Shown here: piece by piece, positions 38,601 to 50,015 of the stretch
Layout: every line of letters begins with the position of its first letter
How positions within the stretch are numbered: position 1 is the stretch's first letter
NCBI GenBank assembly: GCA_008632985.1
Contig: QPGO01000148.1
Location: forward strand, 62,001 to 126,000
DNA: 64,000 bases
Direction of reading: 5' to 3'
From: Psammoneis japonica
Lineage: Eukaryota
Translations under genes and position numbers: made by a program
The notes under the pieces: generated by a model
Databases searched by the model: none
Seen by the model: the letters and a program-made list of their open reading frames with translations, nothing else
Told to the model about the DNA's origin: nothing

Positions 38601-39900
38601 GATTTGCGGCAACACCGACAGCATTGTGATCAATGCTTGGATCATGGATGCCATTGGGCAAGGTCCACATGCTTGGAGAGAAGGTCAAGAGGGAGGCAAA
38701 CAAACTCTGTCCAAGCATTGAGTTGGAGATTGATGGCATGCTCCTTGAGAAGAAGCAGTGTGCAGCTGTTGCTGCAATGCAAAATCCCAAAGGAGAGCCT
38801 CAGCATGGCACAGAGAAGAAGGGACTTGATTTGGTGCAAAGGGACTGGTGCATTCAGTCAAAGGACATGGGGCCTTTTGCGTTGGATCAGATCCTCTCAG
38901 ACAAAGACAGCAAAGAAGTCGTAAAGAAAATTCATGTTCATCTTTTAGGTGCAGCTGCAAAAGTGAGGAATGGTGAGCCACCACCAAAAAGCACAAGATC
39001 ACCAAGGGACAGAGCAAGCATCCAAATGATTGACCCAACGTCACAAATCTCACCCTTGCGTCATTGTTGCCAAGGCAATGTCAAAGAACAACCAACCTGT
39101 CAATGCAGGAGACCACATTCCCTTTGTCATCATGGCTGCAAACAAAGATTCGTTGTCAGACCAGCCCACAACAAAGACCTTGGCTGCTGAACAAGCACGT
39201 CACCCTGAAGAAATCAAGCGCAGCAACAGGGCCCTTAAACCAGACTTTGAATGGCATGTTGCCCAGATTCTCCTTCCTGTCACTTGCCACTGTGAGCCTG
39301 TTGCCGGGACCTTGCAAAGCATTCTTGCAGAGAAACAAGGGTTGGACTCAACCAAATGTTCAAGTGTCATCCACTCTGGTGGAACCAAAGTGGATGACAA
39401 GGATCTTGTGGATTACACCCCAGTGTCCTGTCTGCCAGATGAGGAGCAATTCAAGAATGTTGAGAAGCTTTTGCTCACCTGCTTGGCTTGCAACGTGAAG
39501 AGCGAGTTTCCAGGAGTGTTTTTTGCCTCCAAAAGACGTTTTGGGATTGTGCTGTGTGAACCACAATTGTCCTCACCCTGAGTTTTGGGGTTGACCCAGT
39601 CATGCTGGTTGTTTCCATGTTGGTCCATTGTTGCATGAGACAGTGCTGCAAGGGGTCCTGCTGTCTTGTCACCTGCCAGCTCTCCGTTGTTGGTGCACAT
39701 TGCATGAGTCAAGGTTGCGCAGCCTCCATGTGCCCTGTGTGCAGCAGTGAGCGTGCAATGCACATCCAGCTCAAGCACCTTGATGCTCTGTTGATGTTGA
39801 TCATTTTTGTGACAAACTTGAGCAAAAGAAGTTGATCATTTTTGTGACAAACTTGAGCAAAAGAAGTCAGGCACAAAGAGTCCACCCTCCTGGTGATGTT
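35700..39900 (+). pseudogene. POLA1: DNA polymerase alpha catalytic subunit pseudogene, near full length, with intron
   Basis: Collinear motifs: VDTDGFGC.GDG; SCCVIVKN..RNLF; KRKCAFE; SWCKLE; DPDISVGHN; LPLTKQLTNIAGNLW; SGGLVLEPKK; SLHPSIIQKCNLCFTT; ALKLTANSMC.CLGF; ICGNTDS; KGLDLVQRDWC; GDHIPFVI; ARHPEE; C-terminal Cys clusters. Many frameshifts and stops. Intron 38324-38427. Confidence 0.95.
39796..39865. repeat. Perfect 35-bp tandem duplication
   Basis: gttgatcatttttgtgacaaacttgagcaaaagaa x2. Confidence 0.9.
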
Positions 39901-41389
39901 CCACAGTCCATTGCAACTTTCCCATGAAACGACGCTGCAGAGCATCAATTTCAATGCCTCCTGCAACTCAAAGCAAGCTCTTGAGACTCTGTCCTTGTTT
40001 GTTTTGCCTTTCTCAATCACAAGGCCAGAACAGGTCTCAGTGCTGGACAATCCCAGCAGAAAACAGTCGTTGTCAATTCATGCAAATGAGACAACATGCG
40101 CAAAGCCAGCTGGGGCCAGTGCAATTGCAGCTTGTTGCGTTCAGAGTGCTGGCACAATCTCTCTGCAACAATTGGTTTTAATCTTGAGCATGTTGTGACT
40201 GGCAGAATTTTCTTGGCGGGATGTGGAGAACAGGCAAACGGGGCTTGTCAAAACAAATCATCTAGAGCCGCTTCTGGCAAGTGCATTTCATTGCCAAAGA
40301 AAAGCTTGGGGCTCAAAAGAGAAACTTGACTCAAGGCCTCTTTCCTCCCTGGCTGCTCTTAGAGAGCAGTGGCAGCAGCAACAGTGTGACACGCCAAGCA
40401 GTGCCTTTGTTTGGTTTGGCAATGTGGAACTTCTTGGCAATGTCATGGTGCACATCCAACCATGGCCGTTGGATCATAAACCATTGACCAACAACATCCT
40501 GTTTGACTTTGCCACACTCAAGGATTTGATTTTGGAGATTCAAGCGTCAGCGGAATCCAACAAGAGCAACAACAATGTAGACAAAAGACCCGGTTTGCAC
40601 CGCGGACGAGCTGCGCAGCCTTGCGGTTAACTGGCTCATGCAACAATTGGAGGGTGTCCTGCAAAAGATTCTTTTGGAGTTTGTGTTTGCTCCAGAAAGT
40701 GGAGCTGAGAGTGCCAGGTGACAAGTGCTAAAGGAGCATCAACAACAGCTTGCAAAGAATCTTGTTCCATGCTGAAGGAGCACACCACAAGTGCCAGAAA
40801 CAAGACATTGCAAGACCAAGAAGGCTCCTTCTCAAGATTTGAAAGATCTTGTGCCAAAAGAACATTTAGACCAACTGGAACACGTGTCAAAGAAACAGCT
40901 GGATTGAGTGGCAGACATTGATGCTGCACAGCCTGGGCACCTCCCATCAGCAGTGCTTTGGCAGGCGCCCACCGCCAAATTGTTGGGGTCACTCAGACAG
41001 ACTGGTTGTCTTTCCTCCCACGGCAGCCTTGTCCTTTGACTGTTGTTTGCTTTCAAAAGGAACACTGTCACCTTTTAATGTGCTCCTTTGAGAGCTTGGG
41101 AGCAGGACACCCAAACATTCTCCTTGACTTTCAAAGCATCATGCTGTGCTGGGAAGGTGGCTCAGATCATCATCAGGCAGTTGCTCACCTCCTGAGACAT
41201 TTTGCCTTTTCCCCATGGTGTCTGGAGCACTCTAGAAAGTTGTTCTTTGGAGATGTGGTCTGCCACTTGCACATGTGTTGGTGGAGTGATTGTCACCCAC
41301 CAAGCATGCAAACTGTGATGGAGACAGACATGTTTGATTTTTGTTTGAGTGGGACACCCGTTGCATCTGACAACCAACGACTTGGAACT

Positions 41390-43090
41390 TCACACACACT
41401 GCATCTGACAACTGACCCAATTCACCGTGTGATTTGGATCAGGACACAAGGAACATCCTGGACTCTTGACATCTTGCTCACCCACACTCACACCCAGGTT
41501 AAAAGCTCCTCCACAAGTTTTGAGCTCTCTTCCACCAATGTTCTGGATGAAGAACAATTTTGGCATCTGAAACAGCATTGTCTTGTGTTTTTCATGTGGA
41601 GCACAAGCCTGATTTTGAACAAATGTGACAAAGCCATTTGCTGATTCTTGAATTGCCATCATCGTGCATTCCTTCCAAATGCAAGCCTGAATTCATGCTT
41701 TTGTGACAAAGGTCTTCAAGGAGTCATGGATGATTTGGTTCAAGCTCAAAGTGGTTTCATGAACAGCCTTGGTCTTCAAAGAGAACTCATGGAACTTGCA
41801 AGTGTCAGAAAATGTCTGGATGGCAATCATTGCAGCAGGTGCGTGCTCTTGAAGCATTTCTTGGAAACAGCCAGACAAATCAATTTTGTGCTCAATGGAC
41901 AAGTCAAAGGAGGACTGGTGGCAGACAGAGCTCAAGGCTTTCAGAGCCTCAACTGGCATGTTGTCCGCAGGCATGCAGCTTCAAATGACATTGTGAAGAA
42001 GGGTGGAGCTGCAGCCCTTGTGTTCAACAGACACACAATGAATGCTTGACCTGATTTGAGCTTCAATGGGCATGCTCATGGGTGTGGTGTTGCAGAGGAT
42101 GTTTTGGAGGTGGACAAAGGAGTCGACATGGCTTTCAATTGTCACTGAAATTGTGGTCGTAGCCAAAGCACTGCAAAGCATGTCATGACTTGCTTTCACA
42201 GCAATTGACACACCTTGCGCCATCACGTCAAAGACAGCCAAAAGCGGGCTGGCAAAGTGACCAGCGCTCATGGCACCGGCAGCAATGCCAAGAAGGGAGA
42301 TGACAGCAAGATTCTTCATGAAGGCAATCATGGTGATGACTTTGCCATGCCACTTTCCTGTTCAAAGAAAAGATTGTGAGAGAATTGAAAGCAGAAATTG
42401 AGGTGTCCAGCCATCGGGAGGAAGCATCAATGTCAAGTGCCAGACATGCAGAATTCCATGTGAAACGCTCCAAAAACAAGAATTGCCTGCATCGATTGTG
42501 TCGCCAGAGAGAGGGGAAGATGTTGTTGTCACCATTTGCAATGTTCAATGTTGGGCTGGACATGAGGTGTGATTCTCCTGAAAAGAACAGGGCTGCAGAG
42601 CAACGGCAGGTTTTGGTGTTTGTGGCCAAAGCGCTGCAAAGCATGTCATGACTTGCTTTCACAGCAATTGACACACCTTGTGCCATCACGTCAAAGACAG
42701 CCAAAAGCGGGCTGGCAAAGTGACCAGCACTCATGGCACCGGCAGCAATGCCAAGGGAGATGGCAGCAAGATTCTTCATGAAGGCAATCATGGTGATGAC
42801 TTTGCCATGCCACTTTCCTGTTCAAAGAAAAGATTGTGAGAGAATTGAAAGCAGAAATTGAGGCGTCCAGCCATTGGGAGGAAGCATCAATGTCAAGTGC
42901 CAGACATGCAGAATTCCATGTGAAACGCTCCAAAAACAAGAATTGCCTGCATCGATTGTGTCGCCAGAGAGAGGGGAAGATGTTGTTGTCACCATTTACA
43001 ATGTTCAATGTTGGGCTGGACATGAGGTGTGATTCTCCTAAAAAGAACAGGGACTGCAGAGCAACGGCGGGTTTTTGTGTTTGTTTTCAG
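41390..43090 (-). pseudogene. Degenerate membrane-protein gene relic
   Basis: Protein-like minus-strand pieces (AFMKNLAVISLLGIAAGAMSAG..., EALKALSSVC...) broken by frameshifts; no Tyr. Confidence 0.3.
42162..43085. repeat. Near-identical tandem duplication, ~460 bp x2
   Basis: Units start gccaaagc at 42162 and 42625; about 10 substitutions and 2 small indels by eye. Confidence 0.95.
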
Positions 43091-44724
43091 CCAATGTTGT
43101 GATGAGATTGGTGGGAGATTTGGAAGTGACAGTGATTTGGCCAGTGCTTTCTTTAGCCATGCAACACAATGAGAGATCACATTCCACGTGTTTGTTTGCT
43201 CAAACCAATTGACACTTCTCTGTGTTGCCCATTGCAGCCACAGCGCTTCTTTTGTTTCTGGCCCATTCTGAATTCATGCAGTGCACTGCAGTCAACAAAA
43301 TGACCGGCATTTCATGGCAGGTTCCCTGCATCACACTTCTGCAAAACTGCACGGGAATGGACTCTAAAACTTTGGGCTGGAGATGATGTCAAAGCAAAAC
43401 CAAGTTTAAAAATCATTGTCAACCACTGCATCACATGTGGCATCATCATGCAGAAATCATGGAATGATGAGTCAACCAACAAATGACACAGCTGCTTGCT
43501 CTAGATCATGTGTCAAACAAGCCACTGCCTTTTGTTTTGTCCTTCATGAGGGACCCTCATGTCCCTCTTGATGCAGTGCCATGACATTGTGGTTTTGTGC
43601 AGCAATGGTGCTGTCTTGGTCCTTCAACAATGGTTGGCTTCTTTTGCGCCAGTCATGGGGACATGGCTTGCTTTGGCAATGGAGCTTGGCAAGAACTTTG
43701 CAAATCTTTAACATTGGAAAAGCATGTTTCATGCAACCAAGGTTCTTCTCAATGTCACGTGTGCAGTGCACTTGCACTTGCATCAAGTTGTGGAGCTGTG
43801 CTTTTTTGCGCACTTTCTGAACACCAGCCTTGTGCAACTTGTTCTTGTTGTTGGATGCGCATGGCAAAAGAGCATGTTTCTCAAGCCCCAAGTCAGTCTG
43901 GCAGTCTCTTCCTGTCCCACCCAAGCTGAATGAGTTTTGCTGGCAGTGGTGATGCCATCATTGTGTTTCATCATTGGTGTTTCCTGCTGATGCAAGTGGA
44001 GACAAACCAAGTTTGTTTCCTCATTTTTGCCTGGTGCAAATGGCAAAGTCAAACAGTCATCTGTTTGGAGATGCCTCATGTGGTTTGTCACCATTGGTTG
44101 TTGCAGCCACACTGACCCAACAGACATGATGAACTTGGCTGTTCCATGCAAATGCATGACTCTCGCCCCTCTTTCCCACAAGAGAGACAAGCTGTTGTGG
44201 CGTCCCAATTCACCATGGCTTGTGGGCAAGGAATCAGATGTGTTGGAGTCACAGGATGAGCTGTGTTTTCTGAATCTGTTGATGCCCCTTTTTGCAGCAA
44301 GAGATCTTTGTGCATGCAAACAGCTGCAGCACAATCTCATTTGTTTGAATCAACAATTTCCTCAAAAATTCTTCATTTCATTGAATTGTCAATCTTGTGT
44401 GGAAAGAGCAATCAAGGTTTTGCCAACAAGTTGCATTGAAAGTGAACATTGCAAAATGACTCTTGCTTGTTGGTTTCACAGGAAGGCGGTGGCACAACAG
44501 TTTCCATTCCCTCCACACAACATGTTGAATTTCCAGACATGGGATCACACAGAGCGCCTTCGCAGGCCCACCAATCAGGTGCACCATCCACACCGCACTT
44601 GCTTTGGATTCATGGCTTCTGCATGGCATGGACCTTTTCATGCAGACAAAGCAACTGATTCATTCAACAGAGGTGCAGCTGTCAGAGTTAAAGTTGTGGG
44701 CAATGCGGTCACTGGTGAAATGAC

Positions 44725-45700
44725 AGGAGGCAATGTCAGGATGGCAGGAAATGATGTTGGGACCAGAGTCGGCAAGTCTGAGACCCCCAATCAACAGATG
44801 ACAGTTGCAGGTCTTGGACCACCCTTGCTCCCAAGGTCCTGGCAGAGGTGTGGCAAAAGCATTCACAGTGGGCACTGACTGTGCCATTTCTTGTAAATGC
44901 AAATGGAGAGCCTCTTCATCCTCTTGGCTGTTTCCTCACACTTGGCAGGCAATGTCAGGATGGCAGGAGCTGGTGTTGGGACCAGAGTTGGTGAGCGAGT
45001 CTAGTGTCAACAGCCAATGCTGGATCACCACCACTGCCATGAGACCCCCGATCAACAAATGACAATTTTGGGTCTTGGGCATGCCCAAGAAGGTCCTGGG
45101 GGAGTTGCGACAAAAGCAGCCATGGTGGGTGCCACTGGCCCTGCTTCTTGCAAACAAAAATGGAATCTCTTCATTCTCTCAGCTGTTTCCTCCCACTTTT
45201 GAATTTGGAAAACAGGAGGCAATGTCAGGACGGTGGGAGCTGGTGTTGGAACCGGAGTCAGTGAGTGAGTCTGGTGTGTCAACAGTCAATGCCAGATCAC
45301 CACCACTGCCATGAGACCCCCCATTGACAAACAATGATTTTGGGCCTTAGACCACCCTTGTTTCCTGAGGTCCTGGAGGAGGTGGGGCAAAAGCAGCCAT
45401 GGTGGGTGCTGCCAGTGCAGCTTCTTTGTTGTGAATGAAAATGGAATCTCTTCATCCTCTTGGTTGTTTCCTCCCACTTTCGAACTTGGCAGGAGGCAAC
45501 ATCAGGAGGGTGGGAGCTGGTGCCGGCATGCCACAAGTTCCCCAATCAACAGATGACAGTTGCAGGTCCTGGGCCACCCTTGTGATTCCCAAGTCCTGGT
45601 GATGCACAGCAAAAGCAGCTGTGGTGAGTGCGCCGGTGCCACTTGTTGCAAACGAAGACAGAGCCTCTTCATCCTCTTGGCTGTTTTTCCCCAATTGATG
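44725..45700. repeat. Diverged tandem repeat, ~220-275 bp x4 (coding relic)
   Basis: aggcaatgtcagga...gagaccccc..tcaaca.atgaca...tctcttcatcctcttgg recurs at ~44727, 44945, 45215 and 45490. Minus strand reads LLIGGLMAVVVI plus TPVPTPAPT units. Confidence 0.85.
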
Positions 45701-46897
45701 AGCTCCAGGATGTGGGCTTGCATTGTCCTGGCTGTCAGAATTGTGCTGCTGGTTTGCAGCTCCAGGAGATGTCATCTCTTCAACCCTTGCATTGGAAGCA
45801 TTGCTTGGAGCCATCTCAACTCACGACGTGTTCCAGCCCCAGGTGACACACAAAACGACACAACCCATTTTGAACACACATGTCTCTTGTGTGTGAAGCA
45901 TTTGAATGTAAAACACTCAGGCAGATGGGCTTTTGCAGGTGTCTAGAGCATGAAGATCTAAGTGGTTCTTTTGTTGGCATTCAATTCCTCGTGGGACATG
46001 CACTGTGAACTCCCTCTGCAGACTCAATGCTGATTGTGCGACAGCACATTGGATGCATGTTTTTGGCAGCAGGTGGAACATGACCCACCAGAGGCTCCTG
46101 AGGAAAAGTCATTTAATTTGACATTCAAGTGATGGCAACACTTTTGTTGAAAATCATCCACTGTGTTGTGGCTCATTTGTCGCAATGAAAAACACAGATG
46201 ACACAAAAACAATGACATTGCAACACTGACGCAAGTCTTTTTGGTGTTGCAAAACATTCAATTTTGGACAAGTCTACACTTTTGGTCGTGAAAGTTTGTT
46301 TGCAAGTGAGAGACCACACAAAACTTGTGCAAATGTTGTTTTTGTGCACGATTTGGGTCACGTGCAGCTGGAACACGTCTCCCTCTTTGTCAAAGAACAC
46401 CAAGGCTTCTTTTCGTTCTCAATGACGTCGATGAGAAGCATGCAGGGGTCATTCAAAACACAAAGCAATCCACATCTTGAGAACTTGCTGAGCGTTGGCA
46501 CCGATGTCATTCTTGTCTGGCAAATGCAACCATGACTCGCGCTTTTCCATTGGAGATTCGCGGTGAATTCTTCTTGGGCGATCTTTTCCATGAGTGCAAC
46601 AACCCAATCTGCAAGATTTCTGCTGTCTCACACAGTCCATCTGTAAGAACACACAAGAGCTCTGGAAGGCACTGTTGGCCATGTAAAGGCGATGCATCAC
46701 CCATGGTGCAGAGAAGTGTCACCGGTCACCTGCACCATCACAGAAGCAATCTACTGTCAATGAGCCATGTGCACTGGTGCAAAAATCACGTAGAATTTTT
46801 ACATAGAAAACATCATAAAAATCAGGGTTTGGGCCGATTTTTTTCTCGTGCTTCTGCGTGCCGTGCTTCTCGGCTCCTCCGACGCCTCAAGGAATCG

Positions 46898-49112
46898 CAC
46901 CCCTGTGGCAGGGGAGAATGTGGTGATGTCATGGTTGCGTGGCAGTTTGCATCTTGTTCATTGTATTTTCACATAAATGTCCTCACATTTATTTGTGCAT
47001 TTGTGCACAAATGCTGACAGCAGCAGGAAAAATCCTGAACCACATTCTCCCCTAAAACTCTAGCCACCAAAAACCGAGGGGTCGGAAGCGCACTTTTGGG
47101 AGCTCTTTTTCTCCGCACAAAAAACACGCGTTTCGTCAACTCGACCATGACGACCTCCCATCTTCATCCCCCACACCACCTGACGTGTCCCCGCCTGCCA
47201 TGTCTGATGCGGCAGTCCCTCCTGTGTTGGCCGGCACCGTTGCACCCGCTGTCGTTGCCCAAACACAGCCGATTTGCCATCCGGAGGATTTGGGCTTCTG
47301 TTCGCCGGATCCTGTGCCTGAAACACAAACACAGCGCCGTGATTGGTCTGCTCCTGTCATTGTGTCCCCGGAGAAACTGGATTCTCGTTCACATCGCCGT
47401 GTCATGGAAGGCACTGATGAGCCTTCTCTCAAACGGTCTGGGGTGCAGCTCCGAAACCAGGTCAAAAAACAAAAGCAACAAACCGACGTCAAGGTTCAGT
47501 GGGCATGGCAGAGGAGCATCTATGACAGGAGGCATGGTGACAACCTTTCTCAGGATGATTGTTCCCAAGCAGAACCTTGTCTATCTGGAGGTGATTGAGA
47601 CTCACCCAGAGCCCAGCGGAACCAATCGGAGCCAACAACAAGTGTCAAGATGAACCGCAGCAACATGTGAAGGAGGACGCAGCTGATGGAGTGCAGGCAG
47701 AGAAGGTGCCGGCATGCAAAGTGGCAGCATGGCTGTCGACAAGGCACCAGTTTTGAAGGTCTAACAGTGACAAACACAGTGAGTGTTTGCCAAAAGCATG
47801 TTGCTGCCTGCCTCCATTTTAGCAACATGCAAAAACAGCATGTTGTGCGTCACATGTAGAATTCAAACGGCGAGAGTGGCCTCTTATGGAATTGTACACA
47901 ATGACCTAGTCCTGGAAAACAGAGCAGTGTCCAAGTCACATGCACCATTTGAAACCTTGCCAAGTCGCCTGCAAACAAATGCCAATTCGCTGACCTCTCC
48001 AACTTGAAACTAAAAAACTGTGAAAGCATGCCTGCCATCTGATTGTTGTCAGGTTTCTAATTTACAGAGAGCTGCACAATGTGTCTGCATGTTCTAAAGA
48101 TTAGACTGCACTCGAGAGCTAACCAAGAGGCACCATTCATGTCCATTGATGTGTTGTCCATCAGCAGGTCGTGGTTGCGTGGGTTTCCTGGTCCGCCGTC
48201 ATCCGTCATCCATTGTGTTCCTTCCAAAGCAAAAACAACAACAGCATCAACAGCAACTGTGGCAGCAAGGGCAGGATTGACAGTGTCGGGCATGCTGGGG
48301 GGCCGAAACGCAGGTGCGGCGTTGGAATTCGTGACAGCATCTGTGGGAGGCAGTGGGGCGAGAATGAAAGAAGTGTGAGTTACAAGCATTTCGTTGTGGA
48401 CGTCATTGGCAAAAGACAACAACAGCATCAACAGCACCTGCGGCAGCAAGGGCAGGAGTGACAGTGTCGGGCATGCTGGGGGGCCGAAACGCAGGCACGG
48501 CGTTGGAATTCGTGATGGCATCTGTGGGAGGCGGTGGGGCGAGAATGAAAGAAGTGTGAGTTGTTGGCATTTCATTGTGGACGTCATTGGCAAAATGCAA
48601 TGACAGCATCAACAGTGCCTGCGGCAGCAAGGGCAGGAGCAACAGTGTCGGGCATGCCAGGGGCCCGAAACGCAGGCACGGCGTTGGAATTCGTGACAGC
48701 ATCTGTGGGAGGCGGTGGAGCGTGCAAACAACAGTGTGAGTTTGCAGCATCTTATTTTGTACGCATCACACCCACGAGAACCGGAACAATGACATTGCCT
48801 GTTGCATCAGTGTCATTGGCAACGGTGTCAGTGGGATCGGCGTCCTGGGAAGGCGATGGGGAAGAACCACGAGGCATCATCATGGTCGAGTCGACGAAAC
48901 GCGTGTTTTTTGTGCGGAGAAAAAGAGCTCCCGAAAGTGCGCTTCCGACCCCTCGGTTTTTGGTGGTTAGAGTTTTAGGGGAGCTGTGGAATAGGAATTT
49001 TTACTTAAGGAATATACACATTCGTGTGGATATTAACATTAAAACTCAACGCACGGCGAAGCCGTGCGCGCACAACCACGCACACACACACAGCTCCCCT
49101 ACCACAGGGGTG
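46898..49112. mobile_element. Non-autonomous MULE-like DNA transposon, 2215 bp, composite TIRs, 9-bp TSD
   Basis: TSD aaggaatcg at 46889-46897 and 49113-49121. Termini cacccctgtgg...ccacaggggtg. A ~105-bp inner inverted repeat at 47047-47150 and ~48880-48983 has 3 mismatches by eye. Confidence 0.92.
48233..48742. repeat. Tandem repeat, ~182 bp x~2.8, inside the MULE-like element
   Basis: acagcatcaacag...ggcagcaagggcagga...ccgaaacgcagg...gcgttggaattcgtga..gcatctgtgggaggc occurs three times. Confidence 0.9.
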
Positions 49113-50015
49113 AAGGAATCGTTTTCCCCCCTGAAACCATTGACACTTTACATGATGACTTTTACATAAGTAACACGATTCTGTGCATGAACACTTCAAA
49201 ATTCCATTTTCAGAAATTCGATCAACGCTTCACTACGGTCCCACTACGGTGAACATTTTCCAATGATGGAATTTTGACGAGCGGTGGACATCGTCGTGTT
49301 CGTCATCAAAAAGTAAGTACGCAAAGTGTCAACCATTATTATTATGACTGAAATCGATTCCTACCTTGAGGTCGTGGCCAATTTTTCGCAAAGCACGGGA
49401 AAAGCACGACGACCAAGATATTCTACGTGAATTTTTACGTGAGTTTTGTACCAGAAATCGGCCCAAACCCTGTTTTTCGGGACTCATAACCCCTGCACAT
49501 GGCTTATGATCTATGCGGATCACAGACGCGCTCGTTTTGAAAATTTGATGAAGGCACGCTCGCGGTACAAAATGCACGTTGGTGTCACGTACAATGATCC
49601 TCGAAACGCACAGACGGATAGACACCTTCAACAGAAGAAAAATATTCGCGTTTCAAAGCGCCGCCATGACACAACATCTGCAACGCCGTCACGTTCGTCT
49701 TACTTGATCATCTATTCTAAGAGATAGAGCACATTGTAACATTCTCTAGGATTACTTTGTTGTCCATCTCATTGTGGCAGTGCAAAAGCGGTCGTGGACG
49801 CCAAAATAAAGAACAAAAAGTTTGGTGGCGTTTTTGGAGTGAACCCCTTTTCGTACGCGTGCAACTTTCGTGAGACAGACTCGTAAGAAAAACGCGAGCA
49901 AAAGATACGAGGTACAGTACATTCCAGACAAGGCAAAGCACAAAGAGCAGCTCTTGTATTTATCAACGAAACGATTAAAAAGTACGAGCTTGTAAAAGAC
50001 CCTCTAGGAGAGAAG

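Larger units (their letters stand above)
33560..48960. other. TpA/CpG-depleted hypermutated block 4
   Basis: About 15 kb with very few TA or CG; ends within the right TIR of the MULE-like element. Confidence 0.92.

Noticed and set aside
35700..39900. Viral or Polinton B-family polymerase (endogenous virus)
   Set aside because: It has Pol alpha-specific N-terminal and C-terminal motifs and a spliceosomal-type intron, and no viral genes are recognisable nearby.
1..48960. Dense, overlapping Cys/His-rich ORFs in all six frames within the blocks, read as real genes or Zn-finger proteins
   Set aside because: Loss of TA removes many TAA/TAG stops and turns Tyr into Cys/His, which inflates spurious ORFs. 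Recognisable homology jumps between frames.
1..48960. Alternative genetic code or Tyr avoidance as the explanation
   Set aside because: TA loss is frame-independent, affects TIRs and a splice donor, and neighbouring intact genes use TAY normally.
1..48960. Classical fungal RIP or CpG methylation decay alone
   Set aside because: RIP raises TpA (CpA->TpA), and CpG decay does not remove TpA. Parts of the blocks lack TA while keeping CpG.
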